64,000 bases of DNA, from the NCBI GenBank assembly GCA_964291405.2, contig OZ219926.1, positions 1,152,001 through 1,216,000 of the forward strand, given 5' to 3'. The DNA is from Thermodesulfobacteriota bacterium (lineage in GTDB: Bacteria > Desulfobacterota > Binatia > Bin18). Of this stretch, positions 1 through 8,738 are shown in pieces. Within the stretch, counting starts at the first letter, position 1; each line of letters opens with the position of its first letter. The notes under the pieces were generated by a model. That model saw only the letters and a program-made list of their open reading frames with translations, was not told where the DNA came from and ran no database searches. The position numbers were made by a program, and so were the translations under genes.

Positions 1-336
1 ATGCAGTACGTGACAGCTATTCATGTGAGCGCTTATGTCCTGTACGCACAGTATTTTGAAAGACACGGCCACGCGGAGACGGTCGCGCGTATGCGGACCT
101 GCGCGGCACGTGGCGATATGGATGGGGCTACCGCCCTGGTCACCGATGAGATGGTTGACGCCTTTGCCGTCTATGGGTCCGCCGAGCAGTGCTCCCAGAA
201 GATCGCTCGCTACCGAGAGGCCGGAGTGACGCTGCCCATTGTCTACCCCATACATCCGACTTTCACCAACTATCTGCCGGATGCCGCGGCACGGGACGGC
301 ATCCGCCATACCCTTGAGGCTCTGGCTCCGGGCTAA
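1..336 (+). CDS. LLM-class flavin/F420-dependent oxidoreductase, C-terminal part (runs off the window start)
   Basis: C-terminal pattern 'GDMDGATALVTDEMVDAFAVYGSAEQC...IARYREAGVTLPIV' typical of LLM proteins; parallels the C-terminus of the LLM at 27750. Confidence 0.75.
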   Translation: MQYVTAIHVSAYVLYAQYFERHGHAETVARMRTCAARGDMDGATALVTDEMVDAFAVYGSAEQCSQKIARYREAGVTLPIVYPIHPTFTNYLPDAAARDGIRHTLEALAPG

Positions 337-424
337 GAGAGCTTAAGCAGCAAGCGTTGCTCTGCTGATGCGTGGTGTCTTCACTCCGCCCGTCTGAGGA
401 CACCTTCGTTTTCCAGCGCTCGAA

Positions 425-619
425 GATGAAGTAGGCGCTCCGATCATCCTTGAGAAAGGGCATCGCCCGCGAAAAATCACCTTTGGGCGCAAGCTCCACC
501 TTGATAATCTCAGCGCCCATCTCGGCCATCAGCCGTGTCACCGTCGGCCCGGCCAGCACCTGCGTAAAATCCAGCACCTTGTAGCCGTCTAAGACGTGGA
601 CCAGCTCTTCGTTTGACAT
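425..619 (-). pseudogene. Truncated class III CoA-transferase (CaiB/BaiF), N-terminal ~65 aa only
   Basis: AGGAGGAG RBS, then 'LDGYKVLDFTQVLAGPTVTRLMAEMGAEIIKVE'; similarity stops at 'RSAYFI' just before the expected NRGK(K/R)S motif. Confidence 0.75.
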
Positions 620-750
620 ACGCTCCTCCTCATAGGCCATCACTCTACCCTGCCCGTTTTTAACGGGGAAGTGGCGAGGAGGCTCGCCTCGCGCCTCGTC
701 CTGGGGTAAGAAAAGTGCAGGTAAAGAACAGGCAGCACAGGAGGAAACAC

Positions 751-1041
751 ATGCCAGCCTATATCATTGCGGATGTTCAGGTGACCGACCCCGAGGTGTA
801 CGTCGGTTACACCAAACTCGTTCCGGCAACCGTTGAAGCCTACGGCGGGAAGTTCGTCGTCCGGGGGGGAGCCGCCGAAAATCTTGAGGGCGACTGGGAA
901 CCCAACCGGGTGGTTGTGCTCGAATTCGAGAGCGTTGCCCAGGCCAAGGCGTGGTATGACTCGGAAGAGTACCGTGAGCCCAAGGGCATCCGGCACAGCG
1001 CCTCTCATGGGAAAATGATTGTGGTTGAAGGGGCAGCGTAA
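751..1041 (+). CDS. DUF1330 family protein
   Basis: AGGAGG RBS; 'MPAYIIADVQVTDPE..Y..YGGKFVVRGG...LEGDWEPNRVVVLEFES..AKAWYDSEEY'. Confidence 0.85.
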   Translation: MPAYIIADVQVTDPEVYVGYTKLVPATVEAYGGKFVVRGGAAENLEGDWEPNRVVVLEFESVAQAKAWYDSEEYREPKGIRHSASHGKMIVVEGAA

Positions 1042-1047
1042 TCGCGT

Positions 1048-1542
1048 ATGCAATTCCTGACGACAGATTTATGTGACACCCATCCATACCTTGTCCGTGT
1101 TGTGGAACCACTGTTTACCAATTACGGCGGCAAGGTCTGTTTTGGTGGTGAGGTCGTGACCATAAAATGTCACGAAGATAATTCCTTGGTAAAAGAGAGC
1201 GCCGACAAGCCGGGGCAGGGAAAAGTCATGGTCGTGGACGGGGGCGGCTCCATGCGACGCGCCCTACTGGGCGATATGATCGCAGCCACGGCACTCCGGA
1301 ATGGCTGGGAAGGGTGCATTATCTATGGCTGTATTCGGGATATTGATGCCATCCGGGGGTTGGAGCTTGGCGTGCAGGCGCTCGGAGTCATGCCCCTGCG
1401 AACAGAGAAACGTGGCATTGGCGACCTGAATGTTCCGGTCACGTTCGGGGGGGTCACCTTTCAGCCGGGCGAGTTCGTATACGCGGATAATAACGGTATT
1501 ATTGTGTCAGCCGAGCCGCTTATCACGCCTAACGGGGGATAG
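1048..1542 (+). CDS. rraA: RraA family protein (RNase E regulator / HMG aldolase-like)
   Basis: 'TTDLCD', '[18 protein letters not shown]', '[17 protein letters not shown]', 'GCIRD', 'VYADNNGI'. Confidence 0.88.
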   Translation: MQFLTTDLCDTHPYLVRVVEPLFTNYGGKVCFGGEVVTIKCHEDNSLVKESADKPGQGKVMVVDGGGSMRRALLGDMIAATALRNGWEGCIIYGCIRDIDAIRGLELGVQALGVMPLRTEKRGIGDLNVPVTFGGVTFQPGEFVYADNNGIIVSAEPLITPNGG

Positions 1543-1578
1543 CTTGATTTATACATTGCCATGTGCAAGCATCCGCAC

Positions 1579-1779
1579 ATGGCGACCAATTTGCAGATTG
1601 ACAACAATTTGATGCAAGAAGCCCTGAGACTGGGCGGACATCGGACGAAGCGGGCAGTTGTTGAGGCAGCGCTCCGTGAGTATGTCCAGCGCCGCAAACA
1701 AATCAAAATCATAGGGTTGTTCGGTACTATCGAGTATGACACCGGCTATGATTACAAAAGACAACGGAAAAGAAAGTGA
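1579..1779 (+). CDS. vapB: Type II TA antitoxin, VapB family
   Basis: 'MATNLQIDNNLMQEALRLGGHRTKRAVVEAALREYVQRRKQ' RHH-like; stop overlaps the vapC start (GTGA). Confidence 0.85.
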   Translation: MATNLQIDNNLMQEALRLGGHRTKRAVVEAALREYVQRRKQIKIIGLFGTIEYDTGYDYKRQRKRK

Positions 1780-2177
1780 AGGTCATCGTCGACACGTCAG
1801 TATGGTCACTGGCACTGAGACGTAATCGAAAACCAGATGTCCCACATGTAACGGTATTCCGAGATTTAATCGTTGACGGCCGGACCGCGTTATTAGGGGC
1901 CGTTAGGCAAGAAATTCTCTCCGGGCTTCGCCATATTGATCACTTCGAACGGTTGAAAAATTATCTTCGTGCATTCCCAGATATTGAGATGAGCATAGAG
2001 GATTATGAGTTGGCATCGGAGTTCTATAACACCTGCCGGAGTAACGGCGTTCAGGGAGCAAATACGGATTTCCTTATTTGTGCGGCGTCCGTGCGAAGGA
2101 GTTATGGCATTCTGACGACGGACAAGGACTTCGACATTTTTCGTAAACACATACCTATCGTTCTGGTGGAACCGTAA
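1776..2177 (+). CDS. vapC: PIN-domain toxin, VapC family
   Basis: 'VIVDTSVWSLALR', 'QEILSG', 'TDFLICA', 'ILTTDKDF' PIN acidic residues. Confidence 0.88.
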   Translation: MKVIVDTSVWSLALRRNRKPDVPHVTVFRDLIVDGRTALLGAVRQEILSGLRHIDHFERLKNYLRAFPDIEMSIEDYELASEFYNTCRSNGVQGANTDFLICAASVRRSYGILTTDKDFDIFRKHIPIVLVEP

Positions 2178-2220
2178 GGGAGAGCCCCACTGAACTGCGG
2201 GTAAGCCAAAGGAGGTCCCC

Positions 2221-2970
2221 ATGCTCATCGATCAGCCCGACGGCAATTTCACCTTCATTAAAAGCAGCGGCCCTTTTTCTTCGGGCTGCCGGGCCCAGCC
2301 CGGCTATGAGGTGGTGCACGCCAGCTTTCATCCGCTGCCTGCCCTGGAAAAAGGCTATGACTTGATAGCGCGTCATCTCCAGCAACTCGGCCGGCCCATC
2401 CAGGCCCTGTGCGGTATGGAGCTGCGCATCCCGCAACCGCTCTCGCCCCAGGGGTTTGCCGAGTTTAATGAACCCTACGTCCAGCGGATTACGGACTGGG
2501 GCGTCCTTGTTGATGGCCTCAACCCGACTGCGCGGACCAATGTGGCGCTAGCCGTGCACCCGGTTGCCGAGCCCTCGCTCTACGGGTTTTCCTATACCGT
2601 GCCCACGGACCACGACCGTCCCAGCTTTATGCTGTCCGGGGCGGCTGAAATCCAGCGGTCCGAAAAAGGAACTGAAATCGTCAGCCGCGGAGACGTGTCG
2701 CTGCAGGGCCTCAGTCAAAAGACACAGGCGGTTCTTGAGATCCTGACGGACCGCTTACAGGAGTTCAGCCTCGCCTGGACCGATGTGACGGCCGTCGAGC
2801 TGTACACCGTTCACAATGTACACCCGCTACTGGAAACGGAGGTTCTGCCCGGTCTGGTCAGCGGGGGGCATCACGGCCTGCGCTGGCACTATGCCCGTCC
2901 GCCGGTCACCGAGGTCGAGGTCGAGATGGGCGCGCAGGGGGTGTATCAGGAATGCGTACTGCCTGGCTGA
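2221..2970 (+). CDS. CnbZ-like (2-amino-5-chloromuconate deaminase-like) protein
   Basis: AAGGAGG RBS; 'PFSSG..AQPGYEVVH', 'LGRPIQALCGMELRIP', 'NPTARTNVA', 'GFSYTVP', 'WHYARPPV..EVEM' resemble the CnbZ family. Confidence 0.6.
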   Translation: MLIDQPDGNFTFIKSSGPFSSGCRAQPGYEVVHASFHPLPALEKGYDLIARHLQQLGRPIQALCGMELRIPQPLSPQGFAEFNEPYVQRITDWGVLVDGLNPTARTNVALAVHPVAEPSLYGFSYTVPTDHDRPSFMLSGAAEIQRSEKGTEIVSRGDVSLQGLSQKTQAVLEILTDRLQEFSLAWTDVTAVELYTVHNVHPLLETEVLPGLVSGGHHGLRWHYARPPVTEVEVEMGAQGVYQECVLPG

Positions 2971-2979
2971 GACGGCCAT

Positions 2980-4425
2980 ATGTCACGCTACACTGTCTGG
3001 CTGTACGTTGTCCTACTTTCCAGCTTCTTCATAGCCGGGAACTCTCCTACAGCGACCTTCCTTGCTGGCAATAACCTCATCGTCCTGGAGGGCGGCACGC
3101 TGGTCGACGGCACGGGGGGAGAATCTCGGCCTAATGCAGTCGTTGCGATGAGCGACGGTACGATTGTGGCAGTGGGTACAAAGGGAGAGTTTCGGTATCC
3201 AGCTGACGCAACCATCAGAGACGTGACAGGACAGTATATTATCCCTGGCTTGACTGACATGCATGCCCATATTCCCGTTGGCCCTTTCCAACCACAAGAG
3301 GTCGATGGCAGGGTCAGGATGCGCGTAGGCTATGACGCGGCTGCAACCGAACAGTTCTTGAAGACCCTGTTGGCCATGGGTATCACCACCGTCCGCAGCA
3401 CAGCGGGCCTAACGGCTGAATCGGTGGCTTTGAAAAAGGCGGTCGTAGCCGGAGCGCTGATCGGACCTGATCTGTACGTGGCTGGAAACGTGATCGACGC
3501 GCCGCCCAGTTACTGGGTGGGAGACTTTGTGTCCGAAGTCCGTACCGAGGAAGAAGTCCGGGCAGAGGTCCGCAGGCAGGCCACCGCCGGAGTTGATTTC
3601 ATTAAACTCTATATTTCTTTGCCACCCGAACTTGTCTGCGCCGGGATTGAAGAGGCGCAGGCGAGCAATATCAAAGCGTTGGGGCATCTGTCCGCGACAA
3701 GTTGGACTGAGGCTGGCAAGTGCAAAATAGATGGCCTAGTTCACGCTATCCCCTCTGCCGCCTCTCTTCTCCCGGCTGCTCAGAGAGCCGAGTATGCGAA
3801 GTTCACAGATATGCGCGCGCTCTACCAATGGCCCGCTCGGGTTGATCTCAACGGAGCGGAAATCGATGAAATGATTACGGTACTCGTGGAACAGAGAATA
3901 CCCGTTGATCCGACGTTGGTGGTATTTGAAGCGGTCTTTTGGGGGGATGATCCGTCCTACAGCGATCATCCAGAGCTCGGATTGACCCCGGCAGTGGTAG
4001 TGGACAGCTGGAAGCAGGGCGGGCACTCATCAGGTTGGACAGCCGGAGATTTTTCGGAAGCGAAGGCAGCCTGGCCTAAGGTCCTGGGCCTCACAAAAAT
4101 GATGTATGATCGCGGCGTGCGCATCCTGGCCGGTTCGGACACCCCCAATCCATTCGTTATTCCAGGTGTGAGTCTTCATCGCGAGTTGGAATTACTCGTT
4201 GATGCCGGCATTCCACCTGCGCAAGTACTGAAGATTGCCACACGAGACAGTGCTGAAGCGCTCGACATCCTGGACACGCAGGGAACGGTTGAGATTGGCA
4301 AGACCGCAAACCTGGTGGTCCTGACTGCTGACCCTTTAGATAACATTCAGAATACCCGAAAGATCGCAACGGTGTTTAAGGCAGGCGTCGCCTTTGATCC
4401 GCAGTCGTTACTTGCCACACACTGA
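2980..4425 (+). CDS. Amidohydrolase family protein with N-terminal signal/TM segment
   Basis: 'IIPGLTDMHAH', 'GVDFIKLY', 'LAGSDTP', 'GTVEIGKTANLVVL..DPL'; hydrophobic N-terminus. Confidence 0.85.
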   Translation: MSRYTVWLYVVLLSSFFIAGNSPTATFLAGNNLIVLEGGTLVDGTGGESRPNAVVAMSDGTIVAVGTKGEFRYPADATIRDVTGQYIIPGLTDMHAHIPVGPFQPQEVDGRVRMRVGYDAAATEQFLKTLLAMGITTVRSTAGLTAESVALKKAVVAGALIGPDLYVAGNVIDAPPSYWVGDFVSEVRTEEEVRAEVRRQATAGVDFIKLYISLPPELVCAGIEEAQASNIKALGHLSATSWTEAGKCKIDGLVHAIPSAASLLPAAQRAEYAKFTDMRALYQWPARVDLNGAEIDEMITVLVEQRIPVDPTLVVFEAVFWGDDPSYSDHPELGLTPAVVVDSWKQGGHSSGWTAGDFSEAKAAWPKVLGLTKMMYDRGVRILAGSDTPNPFVIPGVSLHRELELLVDAGIPPAQVLKIATRDSAEALDILDTQGTVEIGKTANLVVLTADPLDNIQNTRKIATVFKAGVAFDPQSLLATH

Positions 4426-4427
4426 TC

Positions 4428-4873
4428 TTGACCGAGGCCCTCAGGGAAGCCGAACAGTTTGGTGAAACAGATGTGCGCCTTACACTTGTGTTGAACAACT
4501 TGGCCGATCTGTATCTCGACTAGAGCGTTTTACTATAGGCTGTAGCCCTGCCGTTACGTGCTCGTCATGTCGGACGCGCTCCGGCATCCCTGCTTCGACT
4601 TCGCTCCGCTACGCTCAGCACGAACGGCAGACCGTTAGTCCTGAGCGTCAGGCGCAACGCGCCTGAAGTCGAAGGGCTACACGGAATCGTAATTTGCTCT
4701 AGAAAAAATACGCACAGGCCGAGCCGCTGTATCGCCGGGCTTTAGCGATTCGGGAAGCGCGGCTGAGCCCCACACATCTACTGGTCGCGCAGGGCCTGAA
4801 TACTCTGGCCACACTGAGCCGAGACCAAGGTCAATACGGTGAAGCAGAAGCCTTCATCAAGCGCTGCCTGTAG
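4428..4873 (+). pseudogene. Tetratricopeptide-repeat gene remnant interrupted by a MITE-like element
   Basis: 4428-4520 reads 'LTEALREAEQFGETDVRLTLVLNNLADLYLD'; 4703-4873 reads 'KKYAQAEPLYRRALAIREARLSPTHLLVAQGLNTLATLSRDQGQYGEAEAFIKRCL*' (kinesin light chain-type TPR). Confidence 0.75.
4520..4702. mobile_element. Non-autonomous MITE-like element with CTAG at both ends and internal REP-like hairpins
   Basis: CTAG at 4520-4523 and 4699-4702; imperfect terminal IR TAGAGCgttTTAC / GTAAtttGCTCTA; nested IRs TGTAGCCCT/AGGGCTACA and CTTCGACTTC/GAAGTCGAAG; splits a TPR reading frame. Confidence 0.65.
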
Positions 4874-4937
4874 CGTGCGCCGTGCGCACAACAACCGGCA
4901 TACGCGTCCTCCTGATAACGTGAACAACCGTAATACG

Positions 4938-5339
4938 TCACGCCTCATCAGGCAAATACGCGATGGCCTCGACTTCCAGCAGGAGGTCTTCAAACGCCAG
5001 GGCGGCAACCTGGACACCCGTACTGGCCGGATTGAACTTGGTGAAGTATTCCCGCCGGACCGCGAAATACTCCTCGTAGTTCTCAATATTGGTGGTGAAA
5101 TAGGATGTCATTTTCACCACATTGTCGAAGGTCGCGCCCGCCTGCTCCAAGACCGTTTTCATATTCTCAAAGACTTGTCGCGTCTGTGCCCCCAGGTCGC
5201 CCTTGCCCACGACTCGACCGTCAGTATCGACTGCGACCTGGCCCGAGAGAAACAAGAGGTTGCCGATCTTCAGTCCTTGTGAGAGCGGAAAATTTTCGTC
5301 CCATTTCCAACCCGGATCAATAATGTGCGGCGTAATCAT
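4938..5339 (-). CDS. RidA/YjgF/YER057c family protein
   Basis: 'LLFLSGQVA', 'AQTRQVFENMKTVLEQAGATFDNVVK', 'LLEVEAIA'. Confidence 0.88.
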   Translation of the reverse strand: MITPHIIDPGWKWDENFPLSQGLKIGNLLFLSGQVAVDTDGRVVGKGDLGAQTRQVFENMKTVLEQAGATFDNVVKMTSYFTTNIENYEEYFAVRREYFTKFNPASTGVQVAALAFEDLLLEVEAIAYLPDEA

Positions 5340-5366
5340 CGGCTCTGCCCTCCTGTTCGTATGCGT

Positions 5367-7115
5367 TCATTTTCCATTGGATCTCGCGGCACGTGCCTGC
5401 TGTGTCGCGGTTTCGTCAACCGTGTGTGAAACCGAATCAATCACGACCCCGTACTCGCTCTCAGCCCCTTCAATCGAGACGTATTCGTTTTTCACATCGG
5501 CCAGAACCGCGGCGGGATCGCGCTTGAGCGGGTCACCCCAACCGCCACCACCGCAGCTCTGAAAAAACAGGACGTCTCCTCGCTCCGAGGGCTCAAGAAA
5601 CGCCACGTCGGTGACGGTCCGCGCCTGTTCGCTCTCATAGTGGACAACCGCATAATTCCCCACCCCGTCCTTCCCTCCGCAGTAGCCCTGCAAGGTGTGG
5701 CGGGCGCCCTGGACCCAGATATTCAAATAGATGGGCGAGTCGGTCTGGTAGGCCATGCGCTTCATGCTATAGGCCGGAGCGCCGCGCCACTGGCCCGCCG
5801 CGGCTGAGTCCGTGGTGTACTCGCCTTCCAAATACAGGAAAGGATACTGGATCTCGGTCATTTCGACTGAAGCCAGTTGGAGAGCGCAGAACAAAGCCGA
5901 CCAGCCGCCCCAGCCATCGACTCCATAGCTTCCTCCGGAGCTGATGGGCGAGGCGTGATAGTCATAGCTGATGAAAAAATTCTTTGTGCGGGGGTCCTCC
6001 CCGTGCGTCCAGAGCATGCTCAGGTCTATGCTGGTGGTGCCAACCAGTTCGGGCACAATTTTTCCCAAGGCCTGCATGACCGCTTCCCCGATCGTGCAGC
6101 CGATGCAGATGGTGGCATATCCGGCCGCGGCCGGCGAATTGGGATTCACCACCGAGCCCTCCGGCAGGACGACCCGAATCGGCCGGAAAAATCCTGAATT
6201 GATGGGCACGTCCGGACACACCGCGGAAAAGCAACCGTATACGTAGGAAATGGTATTCCCCACGACGCTGTTAATAACCCCCGGGCTCTGGGCGTGGGTA
6301 CCAGTGAAATCAACGACCACTTCACCTTCTTTCACTTCAATGCAGACATCCACATTGATGTTCTCGTTGCCGCGAAAGTCCTGGTCCAAGAGGCTGCGGC
6401 CGGTATAAGCACCCTTGGGCCACTGGGCGATGGCATTGCGAAATTTCTTCTCGCTGTAGTCGAAGGTGTACTGGACGCCCTCCTGAACAGTAGCCAGACC
6501 GTATTTATCGACCACCGCCCGAATACGCTCTTCACCTATTTTGCAGGCACCGATCATGGCGTTAATGTCGGCGATGGCGATATCGGGTAAGCGGTTGTTT
6601 GCCTTCAGCAAGTCCCAGACGTCCCGCCGCCGTTCGCCCTTTTCAAACACCTTGACAGGAGGAAAGCGAAAGCCTTCCTGCCAGACTTCCTCGGCCTCGG
6701 CATTGAGCCCACCCGGCACCGGACCGCCGACATCCAGCATATGCGCGCGCACCGAGGCAAAGAAGACCGGTTTGTTATTGCAGAAGACGGGCAGGATGAT
6801 GGTGTAGTCGCCGATGTGGGTCCCGCCAAAAAACGGGTCACAGGCCAGGATCACATCGCCGTCGTTGAGGTCACCACGGAAGAACCGGATACTGGCTTCG
6901 ACCGAGGTCAGGCAGGCGTAGATATGCACCGGCACCGCATCCCCCCGAGACACCAGCCCGACCTGCTTGCCGTCGTAGGAGAACACGCCGGCCGAACAAT
7001 CATGGGCTTCGTTGAAAATCGGCGAGACCGAAGCCCTGACCATGGTCTTGATGATTTCTTCCGCAACCGACTCGAAATATTCCCGGATGATCTCCGCGGT
7101 GATTGGGGTAATCAT
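5367..7115 (-). CDS. Hydantoinase B/oxoprolinase family subunit
   Basis: 'SPIFNEAHDCS', 'DPFFGGTHIGD', 'AHMLDVGGPVPG', 'GGGGWGDP..RDP..V..DV..EYVS'. Confidence 0.9.
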   Translation of the reverse strand: MITPITAEIIREYFESVAEEIIKTMVRASVSPIFNEAHDCSAGVFSYDGKQVGLVSRGDAVPVHIYACLTSVEASIRFFRGDLNDGDVILACDPFFGGTHIGDYTIILPVFCNNKPVFFASVRAHMLDVGGPVPGGLNAEAEEVWQEGFRFPPVKVFEKGERRRDVWDLLKANNRLPDIAIADINAMIGACKIGEERIRAVVDKYGLATVQEGVQYTFDYSEKKFRNAIAQWPKGAYTGRSLLDQDFRGNENINVDVCIEVKEGEVVVDFTGTHAQSPGVINSVVGNTISYVYGCFSAVCPDVPINSGFFRPIRVVLPEGSVVNPNSPAAAGYATICIGCTIGEAVMQALGKIVPELVGTTSIDLSMLWTHGEDPRTKNFFISYDYHASPISSGGSYGVDGWGGWSALFCALQLASVEMTEIQYPFLYLEGEYTTDSAAAGQWRGAPAYSMKRMAYQTDSPIYLNIWVQGARHTLQGYCGGKDGVGNYAVVHYESEQARTVTDVAFLEPSERGDVLFFQSCGGGGWGDPLKRDPAAVLADVKNEYVSIEGAESEYGVVIDSVSHTVDETATQQARAARSNGK

Positions 7116-7164
7116 GAGCTTACTCCTGTCTGACGCATATGCACTCGTCGGTTAAAGCCTGCGA

Positions 7165-8733
7165 TCAGCGACGCCTTTCGTCTGGGGCTTCCGCTTGCGC
7201 ACGGCTGGTGTATCCGCCACCAGTCGTGCGTAAGGTCAAGACTCCGCTCGCAAGGCGCCGGTCGGTGCAGAAGGTATCAACGCGTAGCTCCGCGTCTTCC
7301 GTCTGGATACTGAAGACCGGACGCATATCCGGGCCTGTCTCACCGGACGGTCCGTTGAGACAGGCCGTTACGGAGGCTGGTTGGCGGAGCGCCACCCTGA
7401 CTTCGGAAGCCGGTGCGCCGTACTCGTCTCCAGCGGCTCGCCTATCAGCAACGATTTCCAAACGTTCGATAGATATCTCAGGAAACGCGATCTCGCATTT
7501 TTCGACTGACGGCAGCTTGCGCCGTGCCAAATAACCGGGCGGACCCCAGCCGTTTACCCCGTCCACACCCGCCGCCCCAGGATAGATCAGAGCGTCAAGC
7601 GAAAAAATCCGATACTTGGCAAAACAACAACGCACGAACGCCTGGGTGGGCATACGGGGCAGAGGCTGGCCCGTACACGCGCTGAGCGCGGCCGAAACCG
7701 CGTTGATGATCTCACTGCCTGGGTGAGTCTGGCCCCAGCCGACCGCCGCGGGGTAAGCCGGTCGAACGAGCGATCCTTCTGTGGCCTGGAACTGAACGAC
7801 GCGCAGGACCCCGGAATTCATGGGCAGATCGTCCCCCAGCAGACTGATCACCGGCAGCAGGGCACTCCCACAGCTCGCACCCCAGGCACTATTCATAAAC
7901 GAGGGGCTTTGGGTATCCGAGTCGGAAAAATCGAGCGTTACCTGTCCGTCGCCCACTTCCAGTTGACAGCGGACAACCGGCGAGCGCTCGGCACAGTCAT
8001 GGCCCAATGTGGCCTGACCGTGAAAAACACCCGACGCCCAGTCGCGGAGCCGCGTCCGGGTCGCTGCTTCCGAATAGTCCAGGGCATATTCCAGCCCTTC
8101 GACAAGAGGCTCGAAACCGTACCGGGCCAGCATACGCTGGACGCGCTCCTGCCCCAGCGCCAGGGTGGCCAGCATGGCGTCCAGCAGGCCCCGGGTCTGG
8201 TCCGGCACCCGGCTGTTGAGCAGAACGGTCTGGTGGACATCTCTGTCCAGCCGGCCAAAGCGGGCAAGTTTGATCGGAATAATACGCACGCCTTCGGCCC
8301 AGACTTCCAAGGCCGGCGGGTTATAGCCGCCCACAATCTGACCGCCGAAGTCCGGCATATGGACCCGGACGAGGAGACAGCCCACCAGTTCCTCGGTGGC
8401 GTAGACCGGCGCAAAGACCGTCAGGTCCTGGGTCCGCGTCCCGCCCCGATACGGATCGTTGGTCACCACCAGATCGCCGGCCCGCAGATTGAACTCGTAA
8501 TAATCGAGAATGGCCTGCGCGGTGAGTGCCAGGGAGGGGATGTGAAACGGGTTTTCGGCAACCACCACCTCACCCCTCGCGTTGGTGAAGGCCACCGCAT
8601 AGGCGCGCGCCTCACTGACCGTCTCGGACGGGCTGTTATGCTCCAGGGCGATACTCATGTCGTCCACAATCGCCCGCAGATTATGACGCAGGATTTCGCG
8701 TTTGACAGGGCTTAATTTCGGTCTCTGGTCCAT
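7165..8733 (-). CDS. Divergent hydantoinase B/oxoprolinase family subunit
   Basis: 'NDPYRGGT', 'VHMPDFGG', 'EVWAEGVRIIPIKL', 'LLNSRVPD', 'TTGGGY'; C-terminus shortened, metal motifs altered. Confidence 0.8.
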   Translation of the reverse strand: MDQRPKLSPVKREILRHNLRAIVDDMSIALEHNSPSETVSEARAYAVAFTNARGEVVVAENPFHIPSLALTAQAILDYYEFNLRAGDLVVTNDPYRGGTRTQDLTVFAPVYATEELVGCLLVRVHMPDFGGQIVGGYNPPALEVWAEGVRIIPIKLARFGRLDRDVHQTVLLNSRVPDQTRGLLDAMLATLALGQERVQRMLARYGFEPLVEGLEYALDYSEAATRTRLRDWASGVFHGQATLGHDCAERSPVVRCQLEVGDGQVTLDFSDSDTQSPSFMNSAWGASCGSALLPVISLLGDDLPMNSGVLRVVQFQATEGSLVRPAYPAAVGWGQTHPGSEIINAVSAALSACTGQPLPRMPTQAFVRCCFAKYRIFSLDALIYPGAAGVDGVNGWGPPGYLARRKLPSVEKCEIAFPEISIERLEIVADRRAAGDEYGAPASEVRVALRQPASVTACLNGPSGETGPDMRPVFSIQTEDAELRVDTFCTDRRLASGVLTLRTTGGGYTSRAQAEAPDERRR

Positions 8734-8738
8734 AGGGC

